This document shows, in pieces, positions 26,331-36,113 of a DNA stretch of 63,973 nucleotides. Where the stretch lies: positions 1 through 63,973 of the IMG/VR virus record IMGVR_UViG_3300008114_000027; one strand, written 5' to 3'. The stretch is from a virus (lineage: Duplodnaviria > Caudoviricetes). The stretch's first letter is position 1. Each line of letters starts with the position of its first letter. Position numbers and translations under genes: made by a program. Below the pieces are notes generated by a model, which worked only from the letters and a program-made list of their open reading frames with translations, was not told the DNA's origin and did not search any database.

Positions 26331-27728
26331 TTATATTGGGTTCTTAGGGTCAAATGTTTTTGTTTTCGCAGCGGGAGCGGAAGTGGACGCGCCTAACGAT
26401 GCGATCCATTTGTCGAACTCTTGTTGAACAGCAGAAGGGAATACAACCTTATTCTCCGGGGACATCGGCATGTATATGTCCTCAGCCTCGTGAAACTCCA
26501 CAACGTACTGGCCTGCGTCCTCTTTTAAAGATGCGCCAACGTCGCCTGCCTGCTTCTGACTTTCTAGGAATGCCGCAGCTCCTGACTGTTCCTCCTTCTT
26601 GAACACTCTCTGGGTGGTCTTAGAGCTGAACTTCTTGGCCTTTATCCTTCCAAACACTAAACCGTTTGCGTCCTCCATAGCGTAGAATCCTAAGGGGACA
26701 ACCTGCTCAGATTTTCCATCCTTTGATGTAAGTGTGATAGGAGTGTAGTCGACCTTCTTCTTGCCTACTATATTCTTGATGCCCATGAAGTTCTTTGGAG
26801 CAACCTTCAAGCCCGGGTATATATTCTTATCGGTAACGTCGGCGAAGTCCCATGTGGTCCCCTCCTCTGTCCCCTGACCGTAGTTCACGTATGTGCTGCT
26901 GCCCTCCTTGCCTGACGCCTCCTTCCTCTTCTCTCCGAATCCCATAGCGACGTCGGTGTAGTAATCGACAAACTTATCCGGGCTGTCCCAAGATCCTGCC
27001 TTGACCCCTTCCGCGTACACGTCGTCCCACTGGTTGTCCTGTGGGTTGAGCAGCGTCTTCTCTATCAGACCCTTTACGTCATTACGGTTCAATCCTGTAG
27101 TTGACTGAAACGTCCCGTTGCCGGTCTGTATCTTATTAACCTCTTCCTGTAGACCAAGGTCCTTGATGTACTTGACAGGGTCGAACACCTGCTGGTAGGG
27201 GTTGTTGTTGTAAAAATAATTCTTTCTATCCTTGAGTGTAGTCTGCTGTGCGTACCCCTTGTTGAACTCCACGAGGGCGTCCGGGTCGTACTTGGTAGGG
27301 TCGGCGGTCACCTTCGCCGTCATGTTCGAGTAGTCAGTCTCTAGCTGCTTGCCCTCATTTGATAGCATCTTTAGCTTCATTATGATCGGGGCTGCCTGCA
27401 CCTTGAACTCTGCGCTGTCCGGGTCTAGCCCACGCGCTGCGGCGTCTGCCATGATCTCGCTGAACGCCTCGACCTGCTCTGTGATCTCCGCCTGATTGGA
27501 GTAGTACACCTCGGCAGGGACGATGTCCTCGAACTTATACTTTGCCCACTTAGCCTTGTTCTCGAGCGCAGCCTTCTTAGCAAGCGCTCGCTGCTGCTGC
27601 TCTAGCGTTATAATGTTCGTAAAGAACTGGTTCGGGTCGAACGTGCTCTGGTCTAGAACAACTGCATACCCGCTGTTTCTTTCTGGCGCTATCCCTGCGG
27701 CGGGTGCGTTTGGTATTCCTAGTTCCAT
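26331..27728 (-). CDS. Putative internal virion or ejection protein (465 aa)
   Basis: Position in the cargo gene block; coupled to the upstream gene. Confidence 0.55.
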   Translation of the reverse strand: MELGIPNAPAAGIAPERNSGYAVVLDQSTFDPNQFFTNIITLEQQQRALAKKAALENKAKWAKYKFEDIVPAEVYYSNQAEITEQVEAFSEIMADAAARGLDPDSAEFKVQAAPIIMKLKMLSNEGKQLETDYSNMTAKVTADPTKYDPDALVEFNKGYAQQTTLKDRKNYFYNNNPYQQVFDPVKYIKDLGLQEEVNKIQTGNGTFQSTTGLNRNDVKGLIEKTLLNPQDNQWDDVYAEGVKAGSWDSPDKFVDYYTDVAMGFGEKRKEASGKEGSSTYVNYGQGTEEGTTWDFADVTDKNIYPGLKVAPKNFMGIKNIVGKKKVDYTPITLTSKDGKSEQVVPLGFYAMEDANGLVFGRIKAKKFSSKTTQRVFKKEEQSGAAAFLESQKQAGDVGASLKEDAGQYVVEFHEAEDIYMPMSPENKVVFPSAVQQEFDKWIASLGASTSAPAAKTKTFDPKNPI

Positions 27729-30241
27729 TATTTTTTATATCGATTTTCTATCATAGCCATGGTTGCGGGCATAGGTAGCATCGCTGTTTTCCATAGCTTG
27801 TTTTCTTTTGTTCCTTCAGTATTTACCCTTTCTATAAAAGTTTCTGCGGACATATTTTCATCAGATTCTTTGCTTATCCTAGGGAAATCATCCATGTACA
27901 CCATGCTTCCTATTGTTCTTCTTGCCCCATCTCTATCGTCATCACTTGGGCACTTGCCTTTCATGTTACACTCTTCCCCTTCGTAAGTCCAGTTACCTTG
28001 CATAAAATCTTTCCATGGGATGTTAGGGTCTGTAGCTACCTTACTGCTTGTTTCACTATCTCCAAATTTAAACGCAGCGCCCTCACTCGGTGTTGCTTTT
28101 GAAGAACCTATATAATTACCTTCGTCGTCTACTATGTCTGCGTATAAGTCAGGGTACTCTTCCTTCAACGCTTTAAGTTTAGGCTTCATTTTATTCTTAA
28201 CACTTTGCAAACTACCCTTAGGATGAGTCGCCCTCTCTAACCATTTCTTTTCGTCTTCACTTAGGTCTTCTTTGAATAAAAATTCAATTGCATTCTTTTG
28301 GTCTTTAGGTGACAAGCTCGTTCCTCTCTTCTCGTTTAGATCATCAATATCTTTGAAATATCCTTCTTGGTCTATTAAGTCACCCAACATAGGTATAGCA
28401 AACCACGCAGGGCTATGTGCAGACGTTGATGAATAACACTTGCCTGCTTTACAATCTTCGGAGTTTTGATAATTATTTACAGCAGCACGCCAATCCACAA
28501 CGCCATTTACCATAGGTAGGGGAACTTCTTTAGTGTATGGTTCCCAGCGTCTAGTTTGTCCCGGCATTGTGCCTAGCAACTCTTCGCTTTTATACGTCAT
28601 TGTCACCTCTCCATTTTCAGGCTCAGTCGACGCCTGCTCCGCAAACTTCTGAAGCGAAGGGGACGACTTGATAATGTCCATAGGAAGGCGAGATACCATC
28701 TGTATCGTAGATTGCAACGGGGTTATCTTTGAAATGGCAGGAGCCTCTGGAGCTACCACCGCTGGTGTTGCAGGTGCTGCCTCATTAGGATCTGGTGTTG
28801 CGTCGCTTATTAGCACCTCTTTTCTTAACTCAGAAAGTTGTTTGTATAACTTATCATCAAGTTCCTTATCTTTTCTGACAGAAGGATCATTCCGTTGTCT
28901 TTCCAACTCACGATATTTTTCATAGTCTTCTTTTGACTTCCATACATTTCCATTTGCCGATGTAAACGTATTGTCGCCAGATGACTTAACATCTCCACTT
29001 GGTGCTGCCGCAGCCGCAGCCGCCACATCCTGTGCCTGCATCTGATCCTTAATGTATTCTCCCTCTGGTATAGCGCCAGCCTGTACCGCGTTCATAGTCT
29101 GCTGAGCCTGAGCAAAGCCGGGGCTTACAATAGCTGGAGCAGGAACTGCTGGAGCAGGAACTACTGGAGCAGGAACTACTGGTGCGGGCTGAGAAGGGAT
29201 CACGGCTGTAGGCTGAACTGGTGCTGTATTTGAAACGACAGGGGGCGTGACATTTAGTGCACCTACACCTCCGTTGTTAGCCGTTCCAGTTGTAAAAGAA
29301 TTTCCACCAGTCGCCTGATTGACAACGTCGTTAAAAGGCTGCTGGTTAACTAACGGCGACTCAGCCAACCCGTCGGTAACTCCGGGGATTGTGTTGAACT
29401 GTATGCCTGTAGTCTGGCCCGGTATCACGCTTGTTGCGTTGGCATCGCCCATCATCGGGGAAGATGACCTTACCCTTTCCATTATACTCTTAAACTGTGG
29501 CTGGCCTATACTATTAAATCCTTGTAGGTTGGGGTTAAACTGAGGTGTGCTGGCAGGATTAAAAGACTTTAAAGTCCCGCCTATTCCTTGTACATTGGAC
29601 ATGCTCTGACCTACCGCGTTGTTGTAAGGTGTTAAATTTACACCCTGCTTGTTTATAGGATTATCAAACATCCCCATGCTCTTCATCATGAGAGCGTTCG
29701 CGCCCACACCGGCAAGACCCTTGACCGCCTGATAGGCGTTGATCTTCCCAGCCTCCGCAAGAGCAGATGCTGCCTGTGCCTCCTCGGCATAGGGCTGGTA
29801 CACGTTAGTCATCCACGCCTTGTCCTCGTACTCTCCACGGGTCATCAAGGCCTGCTGTGCTAGCTGGTCGCGGCGCTGGTAGTCCTGAGCCGCAGCCAAC
29901 GCCATCTGGTTCTGTGCGCCCATCTGTGCGCCGTAGACCCCTGTCATCGCTGCCAAGGCCTCTGGCCCAGACGTCGCGTTCTGTGTGATATTGTAAAGGG
30001 CGCCCGATGACGCCTGATCTATAGACTGTTGATAAGCATCCTGACCCGGCATCTGAAAAGAACTCGCCGCGTTAATAGCGCGCTGAGTTCCCTGCATGAC
30101 ACTCTGTGGAATCTCATACTGCGGGCGCTCTAAATTATCAAGCATCTTGCGGGCCTTACCACTCTGGATAAAACCCTGAACGCCTTGAACCACTGCGGGT
30201 ACGGCGGACATTGCAACCATTGCTCCTAATCCTACTGGCAT
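27728..30241 (-). CDS. Putative ejection or pilot protein with Pro/Ala linker (837 aa)
   Basis: Gly/Ala/Gln-rich helical N-terminus, first gene after the muzzle gene, PAPVV repeats. Confidence 0.55.
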   Translation of the reverse strand: MPVGLGAMVAMSAVPAVVQGVQGFIQSGKARKMLDNLERPQYEIPQSVMQGTQRAINAASSFQMPGQDAYQQSIDQASSGALYNITQNATSGPEALAAMTGVYGAQMGAQNQMALAAAQDYQRRDQLAQQALMTRGEYEDKAWMTNVYQPYAEEAQAASALAEAGKINAYQAVKGLAGVGANALMMKSMGMFDNPINKQGVNLTPYNNAVGQSMSNVQGIGGTLKSFNPASTPQFNPNLQGFNSIGQPQFKSIMERVRSSSPMMGDANATSVIPGQTTGIQFNTIPGVTDGLAESPLVNQQPFNDVVNQATGGNSFTTGTANNGGVGALNVTPPVVSNTAPVQPTAVIPSQPAPVVPAPVVPAPAVPAPAIVSPGFAQAQQTMNAVQAGAIPEGEYIKDQMQAQDVAAAAAAAPSGDVKSSGDNTFTSANGNVWKSKEDYEKYRELERQRNDPSVRKDKELDDKLYKQLSELRKEVLISDATPDPNEAAPATPAVVAPEAPAISKITPLQSTIQMVSRLPMDIIKSSPSLQKFAEQASTEPENGEVTMTYKSEELLGTMPGQTRRWEPYTKEVPLPMVNGVVDWRAAVNNYQNSEDCKAGKCYSSTSAHSPAWFAIPMLGDLIDQEGYFKDIDDLNEKRGTSLSPKDQKNAIEFLFKEDLSEDEKKWLERATHPKGSLQSVKNKMKPKLKALKEEYPDLYADIVDDEGNYIGSSKATPSEGAAFKFGDSETSSKVATDPNIPWKDFMQGNWTYEGEECNMKGKCPSDDDRDGARRTIGSMVYMDDFPRISKESDENMSAETFIERVNTEGTKENKLWKTAMLPMPATMAMIENRYKK

Positions 30242-30307
30242 AGTAAATATATTTATTACAAATGTAGTAAAAACATATCAACGAAGAGCGGCAACTAACA
30301 AAGACTT

Positions 30308-33300
30308 TTACTCTATAGCCTCGCTCGGGACGTAGTTAACCTTCGCGCTGATCACCACAATCTTATCTGCCGGTGAATCAAAGCTCACGGTGTGCGCCGC
30401 TGTGTAGCCACGCATCTCCTTGCCGTTCAGTCTAGCCAAGTCCACCGTGGCTAGGTAAGGTATGTCAACGTTCTCGTCAAGCTCGTCCCTCTGGTACTCA
30501 GCCCACACACCGTTCTCGTACTTCTCAAACAGTGAGGTGTCTATTGTGGTGGCCATCGCCGCATAGTTCAATCCCTCGGTGACGTTCACGTATACCGTAG
30601 GAACGGTGTTGGTTCTCAAGCCCAAGGCTAGTGGCCTCTTGACTAGCAACGGCGAGTGGTTGAACACGAACTCAAAGTCGAACGGGTACTGTACACCAAA
30701 GAAGTTACACTCCGTGCCCTCGTTGCACACATACAGCTGGGCGTCGTTGCCGAACTCTACAGCATACCCGCCAAGGTTCTCCGTCCAGTCTGGCACGTAC
30801 TGTAGAAATGATTTCCATCTGCCCTCGCCAAAATTAAACGCGGCACCGTATGAAGACTCGCCGTCTGTTATCCAAAACTTATACTCGGCGTTGAACTCGT
30901 CCACCCCGCTAACGGAATCCCATGCGGATGGTCCGCCATTCAGCGCAATAAAGTTAGTCAAGGATGTGGTGTACTTGTTGAACTTGAGCTTCTCGCTTGA
31001 GATGTCCTGCTGCCCATTGTTCAAAGACATAACAAACATACCAGAGTTGTAGTCGTAGTAGAACAGCTGACCCTCCACCACGCGCACGCTGCCCGGGTGT
31101 ACCGTTCCGTATAAGCTATCGTAAGGGTTGACACCACCGAATGTTCGGTCGGTGTAGCTAACGTTCTGTCCGCCGTCACCGCCAACAGCCATGGTGCGCT
31201 GTATGTAAACGCTCGTCTCCTTCCTTGCCTGTATGACCTTGAGGGTGTAGCCGTTTATGATAATACGATTGATCGATCCAAACTCCTCGCTCATGTCCTG
31301 CTTGTTCAGCAGGTTGAAGTCAAAGCTGCACAGGTTGTTGTTGTTGCTGTTGTCTATGTAAGCGCCGCCGTGTATGATAGATGCTGTAAGCTCGCGTCTT
31401 CTGAACAAGGTATCCTGTATACCTATCCTGCCGTAGTCACTCCAGTTACTGATGTAGTAGTCGGATACGCTAGGGTCCTCGACGTAGTACCTCCATAGCC
31501 AGAAGTTATCTGGTAGCTTGTTGGATATCCTTGGTCGGACATACACGTCACCGAAGTTTAATTCTAAAGTAGCAGGCGTGTCGTCCGTCTGGTTCGTGTT
31601 AAACGTGTAGGTGAGGTAAGTCAATCCGGGTGACGGGTCAGCTACGGTTATAGTACTCTCGTCGGCTACAGGGTCGTAAGAAACAAATGAAACCTGAACA
31701 ATAAATGAAAACCCTACCGCCGGCGTGAACGTGATCGTGTAGTCGCTACCCGAATCGGTAAGCACCGACAGGTCACCGCCCACGACAAAATCAAAACCTC
31801 CGGGCGCTGGGCTAGAGATAACATCCTTAGCCGCGTAGCTGTCCCCCTCGTGCTTCCTATTCGCCGTGTACGGGTTGAGGATGTTCTTGATCATCCCGAT
31901 CTCAAACCAAGGCTCGTTGATCGCATCCTTTCTAGGGGTGTATATCTCTATCAAGAATCCGCCAGACTCGTCTACCAGAGGCACGTAGTCAAACTTTGTT
32001 ACCCATATAGCCTCGGCACCATCCTGACCGCCAGCGGCGTCATAAGACTGCACCTCTACCTCTATATAGTTGCTAACATATGCAGGCAAGGTATCCACAA
32101 ATGAGGCGGACACGGTAAGGAATCTTACAATATCCCCCTTCTGCGGGGTGTGGTTGACGTTCGCTTGAAACGCGCTCTCGTAATAATTATCAAGGGTCAG
32201 CTTCCACAGCTGAGGGTTCTCAACATCAAGCTCTAGTATAGTAACGGTACGGTACTGAAAATTCAAAACCTCCGTGGTCTTCCTAGCTAGTATCTGGTAG
32301 TACCTAGCCCAGCTTGGAGGTTCATGCTTCACGTACATACGAGGGGATACCCAGTACGGTGAGTGAGTGTCGGCAAATTTATCTGTAATTTCTATCCCAT
32401 CCTGTGATGGGTATGGGACGTACACGCTTGCCGTGTCAGAAGTTAAAACACCCCCGCTTCTCATTCCCCTGTCGTAGTACTGTATACCGAACTCGTGAGT
32501 CGCGCCCTTCTTCAAAGACTGGTACGGCTTTGTAAGAATTAAAGTTTGACTCTGTCTTTGCCCCATAGCCTGAAGCCAGACCGTTGCGTTTGGTGCGCCA
32601 GTCGGCTCAATATTGCCAGTCAATAAACTGATTGCACATGGATATCCTGCGCTTGTTAGTGCAGTAACTAAGTCATCCCCTAAATTCGCTAATGTTCCGG
32701 CAGCTACATCTGCGGCTGTTATAACAAGATTAATATTAAAAAAAGTACCCGCGCTAATTGTAGGATCGTTCTGAAATTGAAAGGAAATAATATCACCCTC
32801 TTGATAAGGAAACGTTGTAAACACAGAATCAAAATCAACTTCTTGTATAACTCCAAATTGATTTTTAACATCATAAAAAATTATTCCACTCTGTGCAGTC
32901 GCGTTCCTAATCTCATGCAGCACCCTAGCCCCGTCTAAGTCAATCTCGATTGGATCATAACCCTCAACGAAATTACCGTAGCACAGCTGCTTGGTCGGGA
33001 GTAGCTCCATAAAGCCGGACACCTGAGGCACGCGGTCATAGTTTCTTAAGCCCTCGGCGAGGGTGATGGGTATGATAGCGTTGAGTCCGTTGAAGACAAC
33101 CTCATAAGTCGTGTCATCTGATATACCCTCGAGCGCCTTGTCAAGCTCGGTGAACATTCCAAACTGTCCGATGTTACCAGAGCGGACAGCGACCCTCAAC
33201 TTTTTTACAAGGAAGCTACCTGTCGGTACCTCAAGCGTTATGATGTTCTCTGCAAGGGAGTCCAAGTAGTTACGACCGCTGATGAACTCCTGCTCCACCG

Positions 33301-33988
33301 GGATCGGAAGCTCTGATATGGGGGACCACACACTCTCCTCGTCGTTCTCGTACACCCACTGTGTCATGAACTGGTATAGCTGCCCGTATAATTTATTTGA
33401 AAAGATGTTAGGGTCTGTGCCGTACTCTATTGTAGCCGCCGCGTATGGTGGCGGGTACTTGATGACGTCGAGTACCTGCTCGGTTATGCTAGGGTACCCC
33501 GCTATAGCGGAGTCGATGTTCAGCATGCGTGGGGGATTAAAATCCCAGTAGCCCTCGGCGTCTATGATATAGGAATTGAAGTAGCCGTCGGTCCAGAACA
33601 GTAGCCTGTTAGCAACCTTGGCGTCGTACACCTTGCTCGTCACCTTGAAGTTCAAGATGCCGTCCTGTAATATTAAGGTAAAGTCCTGAGTGGATATGTT
33701 GTACTTCCAGATGCTGTGGTCAAGGTCACTGTTGTGAACAAAGAACACGATCGAGTTATCCTCTACCCATGGGCAGCTGCCTATGACGGTGTTGATACCA
33801 GCCGCCAACTCATCGTTCTCGTACAGCAGGTTGCCAGCCATGGACGTGATCGCCCCGTTGTTGCTGTCCCCTGCGTTACCGCCACGCGCGTTGTTAGCTG
33901 ATCGGTAGTCCCCCTCGGGGATTAGCCTCTCCTCGTCGTCGGTGTTGATGCCCCCGTAAAAGAATAGATCCTGTGACTGCTTTGCCAT
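30308..33988 (-). CDS. Tail stabilisation or muzzle protein (P22 gp10-like), 1226 aa
   Basis: N-terminal F.GGINTD......PEGDYR.A.N.R; LFWTDG..NPPR; SLKKGATHEFGIQYYD; follows the ring genes. Confidence 0.75.
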   Translation of the reverse strand: MAKQSQDLFFYGGINTDDEERLIPEGDYRSANNARGGNAGDSNNGAITSMAGNLLYENDELAAGINTVIGSCPWVEDNSIVFFVHNSDLDHSIWKYNISTQDFTLILQDGILNFKVTSKVYDAKVANRLLFWTDGYFNSYIIDAEGYWDFNPPRMLNIDSAIAGYPSITEQVLDVIKYPPPYAAATIEYGTDPNIFSNKLYGQLYQFMTQWVYENDEESVWSPISELPIPVEQEFISGRNYLDSLAENIITLEVPTGSFLVKKLRVAVRSGNIGQFGMFTELDKALEGISDDTTYEVVFNGLNAIIPITLAEGLRNYDRVPQVSGFMELLPTKQLCYGNFVEGYDPIEIDLDGARVLHEIRNATAQSGIIFYDVKNQFGVIQEVDFDSVFTTFPYQEGDIISFQFQNDPTISAGTFFNINLVITAADVAAGTLANLGDDLVTALTSAGYPCAISLLTGNIEPTGAPNATVWLQAMGQRQSQTLILTKPYQSLKKGATHEFGIQYYDRGMRSGGVLTSDTASVYVPYPSQDGIEITDKFADTHSPYWVSPRMYVKHEPPSWARYYQILARKTTEVLNFQYRTVTILELDVENPQLWKLTLDNYYESAFQANVNHTPQKGDIVRFLTVSASFVDTLPAYVSNYIEVEVQSYDAAGGQDGAEAIWVTKFDYVPLVDESGGFLIEIYTPRKDAINEPWFEIGMIKNILNPYTANRKHEGDSYAAKDVISSPAPGGFDFVVGGDLSVLTDSGSDYTITFTPAVGFSFIVQVSFVSYDPVADESTITVADPSPGLTYLTYTFNTNQTDDTPATLELNFGDVYVRPRISNKLPDNFWLWRYYVEDPSVSDYYISNWSDYGRIGIQDTLFRRRELTASIIHGGAYIDNSNNNNLCSFDFNLLNKQDMSEEFGSINRIIINGYTLKVIQARKETSVYIQRTMAVGGDGGQNVSYTDRTFGGVNPYDSLYGTVHPGSVRVVEGQLFYYDYNSGMFVMSLNNGQQDISSEKLKFNKYTTSLTNFIALNGGPSAWDSVSGVDEFNAEYKFWITDGESSYGAAFNFGEGRWKSFLQYVPDWTENLGGYAVEFGNDAQLYVCNEGTECNFFGVQYPFDFEFVFNHSPLLVKRPLALGLRTNTVPTVYVNVTEGLNYAAMATTIDTSLFEKYENGVWAEYQRDELDENVDIPYLATVDLARLNGKEMRGYTAAHTVSFDSPADKIVVISAKVNYVPSEAIE

Positions 33989-34045
33989 CTAAAAGAAATT
34001 TGAACAAAGATAACAAAAAAAGACCCACCTTATTTTGAATAAAGA

Positions 34046-34783
34046 TTATCTCAAGTTCAGGCCGCTTCCCTTGTACAACTCGTCGAGTAGCTCTCTGAGT
34101 GTAGGAGATTTTGCGAGGATGTTGCTGTCCCACATAGAGTCCCTGTACTGTCTCTCCTTGTCCTTGCTCCTAGCGTAAGCCTTGTCGATATCGCTGTGCT
34201 CGTGTATCTGCCATATAAGATAGTTACGGAAAGCATCCACGTATGGGAGCGGGATGAAGGTGAACTCGCTTACATTCTTTCCGGCACTAAGGTACTCTAC
34301 AACCCCCCTGCCCACCGGGATACTCTCCGAAAATAATATGCGTCTATTCTCATGGTCAACCCTGTAGTAGTTGACGTTCTTTCCGCCGCCCTCTCCGTAC
34401 CTCACGTATGAGGCGTACCAGTAACCGGGCATGAAGTATCCGTCCCCCGTGTCTGATGTCTTTGCAGGCTCGCACACGCCGGGCACGTCGTTAAGGTTAA
34501 TCGTGTTGTCGACCGTCAGGTCCCATAGCCTGCCACCGTGAGCGTAAGCCACACGGCTGATCGCTATAAAGTCTGCTGGCATTGGCCACACCCTGTTCGC
34601 CAAGTTTATCTCGATAGGCTCGGACACCAGAGATGGCATCTCAAACCCGCGTAGTTTTTCTTGATAGAAGCTGACAGCTATCTCGAGTAGCCACATATAG
34701 TCAGAGCTTGATATCCCTAGATTCTTTGTTCTGGAGATGGTGCTGAGCACTAAGCTCTGTATGTTCTTTACTGGCTGGTCCAT
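34046..34783 (-). CDS. Tail ring or adaptor protein
   Basis: MPADF.AISRV and VEYLS...IP..Y.DA...Y..W pattern; synteny. Confidence 0.6.
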   Translation of the reverse strand: MDQPVKNIQSLVLSTISRTKNLGISSSDYMWLLEIAVSFYQEKLRGFEMPSLVSEPIEINLANRVWPMPADFIAISRVAYAHGGRLWDLTVDNTINLNDVPGVCEPAKTSDTGDGYFMPGYWYASYVRYGEGGGKNVNYYRVDHENRRILFSESIPVGRGVVEYLSAGKNVSEFTFIPLPYVDAFRNYLIWQIHEHSDIDKAYARSKDKERQYRDSMWDSNILAKSPTLRELLDELYKGSGLNLR

Positions 34784-35376
34784 TATTTAGCAGGCTGTGT
34801 TGGTTTATCCGTGTCCGCGACGCGGTTGTTGTATATCTCTTCAATCGGACTCGCCTGATCCCTCATCATCTGAAGAACCATAGAAAACATCTGGGACTGC
34901 ATACCCTCCACGCAAACGTTGTCGTTGTCTGATAGGGCATTAAAGTCTGGAAGTATCTGCAAGTCTATCTTGGTCTCGTTAGGGTTGGCGGAGAAGTACA
35001 TCTTGTTTCCAACTATCCTGTCCACGGAGCACTTGATCATTGGTAAGAGGTAGGACATAATGTTCGCCTCCTCAATCCCCTGACTCACCGGGAAGTACTT
35101 CTGCCCCTTGCTAACCCACACTATTCCTGCAAGGCCGTTGATTGGGCTTACCGGAAGTACTATGTAGTACTGACCGTTGGCGGTCATGACGGTGCACTCG
35201 TATGGCAGCGCCATGTTGCGTACCATCTTCTTATTCTGAGACGCCAAGTCTGCGTACACCATACTCACCAGCCTTGATATGACCGGCTTCGGGTACTTGC
35301 CCTGAAGGTCGCTAGGCGCGTCACCTCCAGCAAGGCGGTTCTGAATAAGTTCTAATAATACTCTCTTTGTTATCAT
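34783..35376 (-). CDS. Tail ring or adaptor protein
   Basis: Middle of three similar-sized coupled genes before the muzzle gene. Confidence 0.55.
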   Translation of the reverse strand: MITKRVLLELIQNRLAGGDAPSDLQGKYPKPVISRLVSMVYADLASQNKKMVRNMALPYECTVMTANGQYYIVLPVSPINGLAGIVWVSKGQKYFPVSQGIEEANIMSYLLPMIKCSVDRIVGNKMYFSANPNETKIDLQILPDFNALSDNDNVCVEGMQSQMFSMVLQMMRDQASPIEEIYNNRVADTDKPTQPAK

Positions 35377-36095
35377 TGACCTTGCTTAGTTTGTGAAGTC
35401 TGGTAGTTGAACTCGTCTCTAATCTTGATAGCGTACTCTCTCACGATGAGGTTAACCAAGTCCTCGTACACCGCCTCTGGAAACTCGAACTCTACACTCT
35501 CGCTCGGCGTCCCTACTGGGAGCACGGATGAGTTTGTGTGCACCGTCCCCGGTGGTAAGTATATCGGCCTCCCGCCAATGATGTCGTAGTCGAACACCGG
35601 CGTGGCTGGCCTGCGTACATAAGTAAATCCTATATAAGTTATGCCCGTTGGTCTTACAAGGAATCGATCGTTCTCGTCAACAGCTATTGGCTGCTCTAGT
35701 GTCGGGAACATTAACTCGGTAGACATCCTGTAGCCAAAGTCTTGCTGGTTAAGGAACTCGACCATTCTCAAATTCTCCGTGTATGTACCGCAAGAGTTCA
35801 AAAACTGACTGTATGAGGATCTTGCCGTGTAGTAATAATCGTCCGGATACTCTCCGTACCCGTAGCTATCAAGCTCTATAGCGGGAATGTTTGGGCTGCC
35901 CACGGTCACGATGAAGGGGTAGAGATCTCGTGAGATCTCCTGCTTCTCCTCGAACACCTTGAGCAGCTCGTTTATCTTATACACGCATATCCAAGGGAGC
36001 AGGGCGTTGAAGTTGTTCGGGGTAACATAACCACCGAACTGATCCTTGCCTAGCTTCTCTAGTGTGCGAGCGTATATGTCCCCTAAGTTGAGCAT
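35373..36095 (-). CDS. Tail tubular or ring protein (P22 gp4-like)
   Basis: KDQ.GGYVTP..FN, YPDDY, YVRRP..P and EFPE...EDLV motifs. Confidence 0.65.
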   Translation of the reverse strand: MLNLGDIYARTLEKLGKDQFGGYVTPNNFNALLPWICVYKINELLKVFEEKQEISRDLYPFIVTVGSPNIPAIELDSYGYGEYPDDYYYTARSSYSQFLNSCGTYTENLRMVEFLNQQDFGYRMSTELMFPTLEQPIAVDENDRFLVRPTGITYIGFTYVRRPATPVFDYDIIGGRPIYLPPGTVHTNSSVLPVGTPSESVEFEFPEAVYEDLVNLIVREYAIKIRDEFNYQTSQTKQGQ

Positions 36096-36113
36096 TATAT
36101 TTAATCTTTATTT

